The notes under the pieces were generated by a model. That model did not search any database. It was given only the letters and a program-made list of their open reading frames with translations, and was not told the origin of the DNA. From an uncultured Pseudobdellovibrionaceae bacterium (GTDB taxonomy: Bacteria > Bdellovibrionota > Bdellovibrionia > Bdellovibrionales > JAGQZY01): 32,110 nucleotides of DNA. A program made the translations under genes and the position numbers. How positions within the stretch are numbered: the first letter of the stretch is position 1; each line of letters starts with the position of its first letter. The stretch is from contig CAYMBT010000002.1 of the NCBI GenBank assembly GCA_964388755.1, positions 1 through 32,110 of the forward strand, in the 5' to 3' direction. Below are positions 1 through 7,910 of the stretch, piece after piece.

Positions 1-40
1 ATGTCAGCTTTATTTTAAGCAAATAAATCCAACAGATTTC

Positions 41-802
41 ATGATTGAAGAAGATTTTAAAAAACAGGCCCAGTGTCTAATCGATTTAAAATCCTATGAT
101 CAAGCTTTTAAGGTCTATACCCAAGGACAAAACAAACTACACACACCCAGTTTTCTGACCTCAGCCACAGAGTTTTTTTTAAGCCTTAAACTTTACCAAT
201 GGACCTATGAATATAATTTAAATGAACTGGCCAGTTATGCAAAAAGCCCTTCTGATTTTATTTCAATTTCAGAGATCTTTATCAAAGAAAAACAATTTGA
301 TTACGCTTTAAAAATTCTTGAACTGGGTCACTTTAAGTTTGCAAACTCCATAGACATTCAACTCTCTCTCGTCCCGCTTTATTTTCAAAAAAACTGGTTA
401 CAAAGCGTTGAAGACTCTTTTCTACGGGCTTCTTTCAGCGAACCCAAATACAAATACCAACTGGCTGAGCTGAGCCGTCAACGGGGCCTATTTCAGCGCG
501 CCCATTACTATAATGTCCAGATCAATGACGAAACTTTAAAACTCAAACAAAAAATTGCAAACCTTGTCGATCAAAACCACTACGTACAAATTGCATCTCT
601 CGAACCTCAACTTCAACGCTCAAAACTGATCGACCAAGACGAAGTCCGCTACGCCCTCGCCTACTCACTCATAAAAAGTGGCGAATGGAAACGCTCCATG
701 AACTACGTCAACTCTATCCGCTCCAAAGACCTCATCGAAAAAGCCATAGCCCTCAAAAAGACCCTTCTCGCCTGCCAAGAACAAAAAAACTGCATTCTCT
801 AA
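41..802 (+). CDS. hypothetical helical-repeat (TPR-like) protein; the frame stays open back to window position 2, so the true 5' end may lie upstream of the window
   Basis: 253-aa ORF with helical-repeat-like composition and no catalytic motif recognised. It ends 5 nt before a strong hairpin. Confidence 0.5.
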   Translation: MIEEDFKKQAQCLIDLKSYDQAFKVYTQGQNKLHTPSFLTSATEFFLSLKLYQWTYEYNLNELASYAKSPSDFISISEIFIKEKQFDYALKILELGHFKFANSIDIQLSLVPLYFQKNWLQSVEDSFLRASFSEPKYKYQLAELSRQRGLFQRAHYYNVQINDETLKLKQKIANLVDQNHYVQIASLEPQLQRSKLIDQDEVRYALAYSLIKSGEWKRSMNYVNSIRSKDLIEKAIALKKTLLACQEQKNCIL

Positions 803-807
803 GAATT

Positions 808-860
808 GGTGCCAGGCCCTGTTTGTTGGCGCCAAGCGCCAACAAACAGGGCCTGGCACC
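808..860. terminator. perfect 25-bp GC-rich hairpin (3-nt loop) between convergent genes; probable bidirectional terminator
   Basis: ggtgccaggccctgtttgttggcgc (808-832) / caa / gcgccaacaaacagggcctggcacc (836-860), exact reverse complements. The hairpin abuts the hslO stop codon (860-862). Confidence 0.6.
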
Positions 861-1771
861 TAATGGATTTGGGCTTTGCCGGATTTTTTATAGATGAGAT
901 TGATTTCTTCGAAATCAAAGGCGTAGTTGAGGCCGCACATTTCGCAGTCGACGTTGAGGGTTTCTTGGCTGGCGATGATTTCGACAAAATCGTTCATGGT
1001 GAGTAAAAAAAGTGATTGTTCGGCTTTTTCTCGGGAGCAGGTGCAGCCGTAATTGATGGTGTTTGAACGGATTTCTTTAAAATCGATGCAGCCGGCATGG
1101 TTATCAAGAAGGGCTTTAAAATCTTTTTTTTCTTCGATCAACTGCGAGAGTGATGATGATTTGCTATGATGCTCTTCGATGGCTTTTAATGTTTCTTCGG
1201 TGTGGCCGGGCATAAGTTCTATCAACACGCCACCAGCGGCCGTGACTTCACCAGCGCGACCTATTTTAAGAGCTAAAGAGAGTAAACATGGAATCTGGCA
1301 AGATTGATTCAAGTAATAAGCCACATCTTCACCGATTTCACCGCTCTGTAATTGGATTTGTGAAATTTGGGGTTGCTTATTTTTTGGGATATAAGTCATG
1401 GCCGTAAAAAAGCCCTCACCGATTAGAGGCTTAAGTGCAATCATATTATTTTCAACAGCCAGTGAGGCCTGTCTTTCGCTAATAAATCCACGACACAAAC
1501 CATCATACTGCGCATGGGCATATATTTTTTTGATCTGTTCACTTCCTGAGATTTGAAAAGAGATGGCTTGATCTTCTTTGAGCTGACTAGACACCAGAAC
1601 TGAGGCCACCAAAAGTCGTCCCAAAGCCACACTGGATGATGGTGACATCTCTTGCATCTCACAGAGCTGTTTCACAAGGTCGGTCATCACAACAACGGAC
1701 GCTCGTACGGTTTTATCTTGGCTTAAATAGCCGCGCAGGATTCCAGTTTCAGTCACAGGGTGTATCGCCAT
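860..1771 (-). CDS. hslO: redox-regulated chaperone Hsp33
   Basis: C-terminal zinc centre CTCS...(about 30 aa)...CEMCG (CXC / CXXC) and Hsp33-like length and N-domain. The ORF-track start at 1780 is TTG; an in-frame ATG at 1771 is preferred. Confidence 0.9.
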   Translation of the reverse strand: MAIHPVTETGILRGYLSQDKTVRASVVVMTDLVKQLCEMQEMSPSSSVALGRLLVASVLVSSQLKEDQAISFQISGSEQIKKIYAHAQYDGLCRGFISERQASLAVENNMIALKPLIGEGFFTAMTYIPKNKQPQISQIQLQSGEIGEDVAYYLNQSCQIPCLLSLALKIGRAGEVTAAGGVLIELMPGHTEETLKAIEEHHSKSSSLSQLIEEKKDFKALLDNHAGCIDFKEIRSNTINYGCTCSREKAEQSLFLLTMNDFVEIIASQETLNVDCEMCGLNYAFDFEEINLIYKKSGKAQIH

Positions 1772-1817
1772 AGGGGCCAATGTAACACTGTCTGAAAAGA
1801 AAAACTATATCTAGCCG

Positions 1818-1843
1818 GTGCAATTTCAGCGATGAAATTGCAC
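1818..1843. promoter_or_regulatory. perfect 11-4-11 inverted repeat (GTGCAATTTCA gcga TGAAATTGCAC) in the hslO / histidine-phosphatase divergent intergenic region; operator or 5'-leader hairpin candidate
   Basis: All 11 base pairs checked by hand. On the + strand it is followed by TTTTGAAATCTTTGTTT and lies 28 nt upstream of the 1872 start codon. Confidence 0.4.
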
Positions 1844-1871
1844 TTTTGAAATCTTTGTTTATTATTAAGGT

Positions 1872-2330
1872 ATGAGATTGTTTCTTTTGCGACATGCTAC
1901 TCGAAGTCACGGTATCGGAGATGCCCCACTCAATGATGTGGGTAAAAACCAGGCCTTCGAATTATCCCAAAACCCGAAGCTTTTTGGAGTGAACAGAATC
2001 CTTTGCTCTCCTAAAAAAAGAGCGCAAATGACCATCTCGCCTCTTGCCCAAGAACTGCAATGCACCATCGAAACGATGAATGAACTTGATCAACAACTTA
2101 ATACTGAAAATCAAGCTGAATTTAACAACAGAGTGAAATCTTTCTTAAACTCTTTACAAGAGGATGAAACTTTAGACACCATTCTTATCTGCTCACACAG
2201 TGATTGGTTAACGGTGGCCGCGGTCATTCTAGAAAATAATACGAATTTTTTTGGCCATCTCTTTCAATGTGCAGAGTTTATTGCCTTTGACTTAAAAGAT
2301 GGGCAGTGGATCAGAGTCCAATCCCTTTAA
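1872..2330 (+). CDS. histidine phosphatase superfamily (PGAM/SixA-like) protein
   Basis: N-terminal LLRHATRSHG (RHG catalytic motif) and a distal SHSDW histidine; small 152-aa single domain. Confidence 0.75.
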   Translation: MRLFLLRHATRSHGIGDAPLNDVGKNQAFELSQNPKLFGVNRILCSPKKRAQMTISPLAQELQCTIETMNELDQQLNTENQAEFNNRVKSFLNSLQEDETLDTILICSHSDWLTVAAVILENNTNFFGHLFQCAEFIAFDLKDGQWIRVQSL

Positions 2331-2346
2331 TATTGGAGAAATTATA

Positions 2347-2931
2347 ATGGCAAATACTATATGGGCTATCGGACGCAATTATACTGATCATGCCCAAGAG
2401 ATGAAGGCCGAAGTCCCCAAAAGACCCTTAGTCTTTATAAAATCCTTTAACTGCTTAACCACTCAAAACCAGATTCAGCTTCCTGATTTTAGCCAGGACA
2501 TCCACCATGAAATTGAGGTGGCTGTTGAACTTAGTCCAAAGCTTAAACCTCAGCGAATCGCACTGGCTTTAGATCTGACGGCTCGGGACGAGCAGTCGAT
2601 AGCTAAAAAAAATGGCGAGCCATGGACCTTAGCTAAATCTTTTAAAGGATCTTGCCCCATAAGCCCTTGGATTGATTACAAAGATGATGCTTGGTTTGAG
2701 AACCTTTCTTTTCATCTCAAAATCAACCAGCAACTTCGTCAAATGGGAAAAACAAAGGATATGATATTTAAGCTACCCACTTTGATCGATTATCTCAGCC
2801 AACATTTTCCGCTAGAACCTAATGACATTATCCTTACCGGGACTCCCGCTGGAGTTGCAGCCCTCAAAGCCAAAGACCAAATTGAGGCCGATTTATCAAG
2901 TCAGATTTTTTGGAGATTAGAGATCTTATAA
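2347..2931 (+). CDS. fumarylacetoacetate hydrolase (FAH) family protein (YcgM/FAHD-like)
   Basis: GRNYxDH, HHEIE(V)AV, DLTARD, PWxxAKSF and LTGTPAGV motifs. Start moved to the ATG at 2347 (GGAG upstream); the ORF-track start at 2299 overlaps the preceding gene. Confidence 0.85.
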   Translation: MANTIWAIGRNYTDHAQEMKAEVPKRPLVFIKSFNCLTTQNQIQLPDFSQDIHHEIEVAVELSPKLKPQRIALALDLTARDEQSIAKKNGEPWTLAKSFKGSCPISPWIDYKDDAWFENLSFHLKINQQLRQMGKTKDMIFKLPTLIDYLSQHFPLEPNDIILTGTPAGVAALKAKDQIEADLSSQIFWRLEIL

Positions 2932-3848
2932 GAATTTTTAAACTTTCTTGGGCTTACCCATTTTAAATCAGTCAATCGCATATAAATCCACCCTAATAAT
3001 GTGCCGACAACAAAACCCAATAGGTGAATCGAGTGAGCAACACCAGTGGAAATTAAAGAAGTTTGAGAAACGTAGCCAGCAATATCTTCGATCACAAAAA
3101 GCCAAATCACCCAGTAGACCGTGGGTATTACAATAAAACCCATATAGCCTTTTATTGGTAAAAGAATGTAAAAGAGTCGCGTTTTTGTTTTAAGCTCTGT
3201 GATCAGTAAAAAACCAAGAAGAGCACATAAAGATCCACTGGCACCAATCAAAGGGGCTGCAGTGAGTCCACCAGAAAATGACAATACAAAGGCAGCTAAA
3301 CCTCCACCTAAGATATAAACCGAGAACACCACAAGGCCAGAAGTTCGACGCTCAAGATAGGCTCCAATAATTAGAATCAAGAGTAAATTGCCTAAAAGGT
3401 GATAAAAACTTTCGTGATAAAACTGGTAGCTTAAGTGAGCCAGAAAATCTTTATTCTTTTCACTGATACCATAGAGAACCGGAGGATAATAATCTCGGAT
3501 CACCATATACTCTTCAAGTCCTGACTTCCAATCTTTAATAGCAATTTGATCACCCGTCCAAGGTGTCAAGACAGCTTTGTTTAAAAAAGCCTCGTCTCTG
3601 AAGGCCATTCTTCCTAGATTTTTAATATCTTTAAATTGCGCCAAGTCTCTTTTTGTCTGAAACTGCGAATAGATTTGGCCTTGAGTGTATAAAAATTCTG
3701 AATCGGCATACCATGTTTCAAACTGAGCATGACAATCTTGTGCAAGATGATAGTTTTGTGAAAACAAAAAAACATTGAGAAGTAAAAGAATCCAAGTGAT
3801 GGGAGCTTTACTAAAAGTCAGAAGACCATCAAGGATAGGTATGATCAC
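2901..3848 (-). CDS. rhomboid family intramembrane serine protease
   Basis: HLLGN (HxxxN), GASGSLCALLG (GxSG catalytic Ser) and AHSIHLLGFVVG (catalytic His helix), in a multi-TM protein. The GTG start overlaps the upstream stop (GTGA). Confidence 0.85.
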   Translation of the reverse strand: MIIPILDGLLTFSKAPITWILLLLNVFLFSQNYHLAQDCHAQFETWYADSEFLYTQGQIYSQFQTKRDLAQFKDIKNLGRMAFRDEAFLNKAVLTPWTGDQIAIKDWKSGLEEYMVIRDYYPPVLYGISEKNKDFLAHLSYQFYHESFYHLLGNLLLILIIGAYLERRTSGLVVFSVYILGGGLAAFVLSFSGGLTAAPLIGASGSLCALLGFLLITELKTKTRLFYILLPIKGYMGFIVIPTVYWVIWLFVIEDIAGYVSQTSLISTGVAHSIHLLGFVVGTLLGWIYMRLTDLKWVSPRKFKNSYKISNLQKI

Positions 3849-5170
3849 AAACCCTCCTTAATTTTAAAATAAATCTTTCTGGCCTGGCCAAGATCATCAT
3901 CTTCACTGGCCAGTCCCCGTCCTATGTAGGGATTTGAAAGATGGGGATAAAATAGATCCACCACTTTTAATAAATCTTTACGCTGCTCTTGATCTTTACT
4001 GAGTTCAAAATTAAGAAACAACTGAAGATCATCGCCATTAATAAGTCGAGAAGACTTCATCAACCAGTAGGCTTCTTGCAGCTTTCCTTGCCCTAGCAAA
4101 GCATGAAAGCTCAATTTTAAATGAAGATTTTTTAAATGGCTCTTTTTAGAAATTGTTTTTAAGATGGGTTCCATCTCTGAATAGCGGCGATCCATTCTTA
4201 AATGGGCGGTCACAAAGATTTTTATAAAATCAAAAGTTCCTTCACCGTAAGCCAAACTATAGACCGAACTTGGGTCATCCAAAGTCCCTAACGACTGTGT
4301 CTTTAACCAATCCACAAATATGCATAACTCATCAGGATAAGGGTCATCTTTCAAGCAACTTTGAGACAAATAGAGGTCCGATTTCTTTTTATCTTTATTC
4401 AGCGCCAAAGCCACAGCAAAATGGGCCAAAGTTTTATCTTCATCTTTCCAGATCAGGGCTTTTGCTTTTTTCTCTAAGCAAGATGATGAAACTTTATCGG
4501 CTATAAACAATTCGACCATATCAGCAAGGGTTTGATCTTCGTTATCTTTACACTGTTCTGAAATTAAAAAATTCAATTCGTCTTTTAAAGTTTTTGAGGG
4601 TTTAGAAATTACTCCCACTGTTAAAAACAGAAGTACAACAAAACTAAATGCGAATTTAATTTTTAAAAGTGAGATCTGTGGTGCTAGGCCCTCTTGACTC
4701 AGAGAACTTATGACTAATGTGTCTGAAACTCGATCATGGATTGGTCTACGAAGGGGATGTGTCCATAGAGCAAGAAATGGGTAACCAAAAGGAATAATTT
4801 GTAAAAGAAGTGTTACGCTTCTTAAAAATGCTTGAGAGAGACTCAATTGACCATGGTAAGAAATCACTCTGATTTTAATAAAAAATTGTCCCAACGTTTG
4901 TCCACGCCAGTAGATCGAAAGACTCATATAAAAGGTCAATAGACTTAAAAAAATGATGAGATTCAAAACTCGATAAGTTGTTATGTATGACAACTCATCA
5001 AATAGAATGGATTCAAAAATCCATCTTTTGACCGGAGCTTGAACCAGCTGCACAACGGGAATCAAAAGTGAAAAATCAAGAATGCCGGCCGCTATACGAT
5101 CAGCTGGAGAAGCCAGTCCATATTGGCTTTCTGCTGAATTCATGGCTTCTGACTTTCGAAAAGAATACAT
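3845..5170 (-). CDS. RDD-domain membrane protein with a long C-terminal helical-repeat domain
   Basis: N-terminal RIAAGILDFSLL...WRGQTLGQ...R..HD pattern with 3-4 TM segments typical of RDD proteins, followed by about 250 aa of soluble helical sequence. Confidence 0.65.
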   Translation of the reverse strand: MYSFRKSEAMNSAESQYGLASPADRIAAGILDFSLLIPVVQLVQAPVKRWIFESILFDELSYITTYRVLNLIIFLSLLTFYMSLSIYWRGQTLGQFFIKIRVISYHGQLSLSQAFLRSVTLLLQIIPFGYPFLALWTHPLRRPIHDRVSDTLVISSLSQEGLAPQISLLKIKFAFSFVVLLFLTVGVISKPSKTLKDELNFLISEQCKDNEDQTLADMVELFIADKVSSSCLEKKAKALIWKDEDKTLAHFAVALALNKDKKKSDLYLSQSCLKDDPYPDELCIFVDWLKTQSLGTLDDPSSVYSLAYGEGTFDFIKIFVTAHLRMDRRYSEMEPILKTISKKSHLKNLHLKLSFHALLGQGKLQEAYWLMKSSRLINGDDLQLFLNFELSKDQEQRKDLLKVVDLFYPHLSNPYIGRGLASEDDDLGQARKIYFKIKEGL

Positions 5171-5302
5171 GAATATTTATCGGAAAAAAGTAGATAAATA
5201 ATGAGACGAAACTTGGAATTAAAACAAAATAAAAGGCCTTAAAGTCGTTTGAAAAAGGATTAAAATTTTTGAAACTCTCGACCTAAGTCAATCTGCTAAG
5301 GT

Positions 5303-5929
5303 TTATAGTCTTGTCATCGCAAGTAGGTTTTGATTTTGATCCAATAGAAATTGAATCACAACAAGACCCTGACCCTTTTGATCCATCAGTTCATAGCGTT
5401 CTACAATCACCTCAGAGTTATCCTCATGGTGAATTTGTCGAATGCTTTGGGCATGGCTCGAGAAGAGTGTGAGATTGGATTTTAAAAATTTCTCTCGGGA
5501 TTCTATGGTCTGAGGATTTTCGCCACCGGCTTCAAAATAACGTATTTCAAAAATTTCACCGTTAATTTTTCGGATCAGATACTTACCTTCTAAATCTCCA
5601 AAAACAAGGTTATCCAATTTCGTTGGTTTTTGACCCACAGATGCCAAATCCCGTTCGCTAGCGGCTTCTAGGCTCTTAAAGGCCTTATTCTCCCAAGAAA
5701 CAAGTCCACGGGGAAGGGCTGATGCCATATATCTTGAAGCGATTTGAGAGTCTTCATTGATCACAATGTTTTGTGGCTGAGCAGAACCTAAAATGACATT
5801 ATTGAGAGCATAGCTACCCACCAGGGCCACCAGAAGTGAGATTGTGATTTTAAGCCTCAAAGAGAGTTGCAACATACTTGGTTTATCATTACTGATTTTA
5901 GGCCAAAAAGGCAAATTGAGTTTTTTCAT
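5303..5929 (-). CDS. hypothetical membrane-anchored protein
   Basis: 208-aa ORF with one N-terminal TM segment (ITISLLVALVGSYAL). No motif recognised. Confidence 0.5.
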   Translation of the reverse strand: MKKLNLPFWPKISNDKPSMLQLSLRLKITISLLVALVGSYALNNVILGSAQPQNIVINEDSQIASRYMASALPRGLVSWENKAFKSLEAASERDLASVGQKPTKLDNLVFGDLEGKYLIRKINGEIFEIRYFEAGGENPQTIESREKFLKSNLTLFSSHAQSIRQIHHEDNSEVIVERYELMDQKGQGLVVIQFLLDQNQNLLAMTRL

Positions 5930-6132
5930 GAATTCCCCCGATATTGAGTATCACTGCAAATTAGTCGCCAGTTGAGAGCAAAAATAAACAACCCAACATG
6001 ACTGAATCATAGACAAGAGCCATTTATGGCTTGACGTTTGATTTTGAGACGTTCTTAAATGAGACAACTTGATCTATAAAATTTTAAACTAAAGACTAGA
6101 CTATCCATTCAAAAAAACAATTTTAGGGATAC

Positions 6133-6624
6133 ATGAAACTCTACCTCATACGCCATGCTGTTGCCGAAGAAAGAGCTCAATTTGCGCTCAAAGGTCTATC
6201 TGATGAACTCAGACCTCTGACACCCAAAGGGGCCGAGAGAATGAATGAAATCGTTGGTTTATTTAAAAAACTAGAACCTGATATTAACCTTATTCTTTCT
6301 AGTCCCCTGGTTCGCAGCTTACAAACTGCAGAAATTTTAAAACTGAATTATTCAAAAGCACAACTTGTGACCTCTGATAATTTAAAACCCGATCATTCGG
6401 CTCAAAAACTTTTCGAAGAGATTCAAACCTATGATTTAGATTCTATGGCTTTGATTGGTCATGAGCCAGACCTGGGTCAGTTTTTAAGTTGGCTTCTCTT
6501 TAGACAAGCGACAGATCATTTTCCAATGAAAAAATCGGGCATTGCCAAGGTCGATATTTACAAAGATGGACGAACATATCTTAAGTGGCTCATTCGACCC
6601 AAACTTTTATCAAAAAATTTCTAA
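6133..6624 (+). CDS. sixA: phosphohistidine phosphatase SixA
   Basis: MKLYLIRHAVAE (RHA/G motif), SSPLVRSLQTAE and IGHEPDLG. Length (163 aa) and layout match SixA. Confidence 0.85.
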   Translation: MKLYLIRHAVAEERAQFALKGLSDELRPLTPKGAERMNEIVGLFKKLEPDINLILSSPLVRSLQTAEILKLNYSKAQLVTSDNLKPDHSAQKLFEEIQTYDLDSMALIGHEPDLGQFLSWLLFRQATDHFPMKKSGIAKVDIYKDGRTYLKWLIRPKLLSKNF

Positions 6625-6661
6625 AAAAAAAGGATCTCTCTTTTTATAGAGGATCCTTTTT
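6623..6661. terminator. bidirectional rho-independent terminator between convergent sixA and the Fis-type HTH gene
   Basis: An A8 run, then stem aggatc-tct / aga-g-gatcct (one bulge), then a T run. Confidence 0.6.
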
Positions 6662-6685
6662 AAAATTATAATTTCAAAGGCAATA

Positions 6686-7075
6686 TTAAGCGGCTCTTTT
6701 ACGACGAGCTGGGGACGGATCAATATTGTAAAGTTTCACTTTACGATAAAGAGTCGCACGACCAATACCTAAAGCTTTAGCAGCCTCAGTGAGGTTTCCA
6801 CGATAAGCATGGATGGCTTGCTCGATGGCTTGCGCCTCAAGATCATTCATTTTTGAAACCTTGCTGTTTTGCGAAGGAAACGGCACAACGTTACTACCCT
6901 GTGGGCTAGCGTTGGGGTTAAGTGAATTCATTCCAGAAACAAGACTGGGATAAAATCCTTGGTTTGAGCTTGGGTTTTTAACCTCGCACTCCATTCCGCA
7001 GTGGCTCGCAAATTCTTTTGCTTTCTGAACCAATACTGGATCTTCACTGATAATTATAAACTTTGACTGTGTCAT
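6686..7075 (-). CDS. small Fis-type (HTH_8) DNA-binding protein
   Basis: C-terminal GNLTEAAKALGIGRATLYRKVKLYNI helix-turn-helix. The ATG at 7075 is preceded by GGAGG; the ORF-track start at 7093 is TTG. Confidence 0.7.
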   Translation of the reverse strand: MTQSKFIIISEDPVLVQKAKEFASHCGMECEVKNPSSNQGFYPSLVSGMNSLNPNASPQGSNVVPFPSQNSKVSKMNDLEAQAIEQAIHAYRGNLTEAAKALGIGRATLYRKVKLYNIDPSPARRKRAA

Positions 7076-7364
7076 GATCTTTATTCCTCCCAAAAAATTG
7101 TTTCTTTATGACTTAATAAGCCACAACAATTGACTTACAATGAACCTATCGGCGCACCATCTTGAGAACGTGAGGACTTTTTTTCCCAGTCTAGGGGCTA
7201 GCTTTATAAGCTCTTAATATCTTTTAATAAATTTGAAGTATCGAATTTTCTTATGGACTTAAGCCTTGGCATATTTTGCCGCTTTTCTCAATATGAGACA
7301 CTTTTTTGATACAAAAATGGATCTCTTTTGACTCAAACAGATTCGAGACATAAAACAACCAAAT

Positions 7365-7859
7365 ATGAGTCAAAACAAAAGTTCAATAATCATTGCTGGT
7401 GGCTGCTTCTGGGGTGTCGAAGAGCTTTTTAGAAAAGAAATTGGTGTCCTTGATACCGAAGTGGGTTACAGCGGCGGACACACTGAAAATCCAGTTTATG
7501 ACACAGTCAAAACAGGTCTTACGGGGCATGCAGAATCTTTAAAAATCACTTTTGATTCCGAAAAAACAAACTACGAAAATTTATTTCATTTTTTCTTTAG
7601 CATTCATAACCCCACCACTCCCAATCAACAGGGTAATGACAAGGGCTCACAATATCGCTCTGCGATTTTTTATCAAAACGAAACCGAAAAAAAAGCGGCC
7701 CTCAATGTGATTGAAGAGGTTGAGAAAAGTCAGTTCTGGAAAACGCCTGTGATCACAGAAGTTATACCCTACAAAAATTTTTATTCAGCAGAAATTGAAC
7801 ACCAGGACTACTTACAAAAACACCCCGGTGGCTACACTTGCCACTTCAAAAGGTATTAA
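7365..7859 (+). CDS. msrA: peptide-methionine (S)-S-oxide reductase
   Basis: GGCFWGVEE active-site motif, GYSGG and HxPT..N.QG.D.G.QYRS pattern. Confidence 0.95.
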   Translation: MSQNKSSIIIAGGCFWGVEELFRKEIGVLDTEVGYSGGHTENPVYDTVKTGLTGHAESLKITFDSEKTNYENLFHFFFSIHNPTTPNQQGNDKGSQYRSAIFYQNETEKKAALNVIEEVEKSQFWKTPVITEVIPYKNFYSAEIEHQDYLQKHPGGYTCHFKRY

Positions 7860-7910
7860 TATCCCGCTCCCCCACATTCGATATGGGCTTTGAGATCAAA
7901 AATAAAAAAA

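Noticed and set aside
665-1006. Four 62-70-aa ORFs around 665-1006, two with near mirror-image peptides (..PGPVCWR.APTNRAWH..)
   Set aside because: They are artefacts of reading the 25-bp palindrome in both directions, and they overlap the ends of real genes.
6031-6060. Sigma-70-like promoter TTGACG-N18-TTAAAT upstream of sixA
   Set aside because: It is plausible, but the -10 lacks the conserved A at position 2 and the spacer is 18 nt. Many equally good matches are expected by chance in AT-rich DNA.
7267-7280. Sigma-54-like element TGGCAT-n-TTGCC upstream of msrA and next to the Fis-type HTH gene
   Set aside because: GG (7268-7269) and GC (7278-7279) are separated by 8 nt, not the invariant 10 nt of the -24/-12 promoter. 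The alternative GC gives 11 nt. The spacing does not fit.
7328-7367. Possible leaderless msrA transcript: TTGACT-N17-TAAAAC ending 8 nt before the ATG, with no Shine-Dalgarno sequence
   Set aside because: The -10 candidate lacks the conserved final T and matches only 4 of 6 positions. Without TSS data this is too weak to report as a feature.
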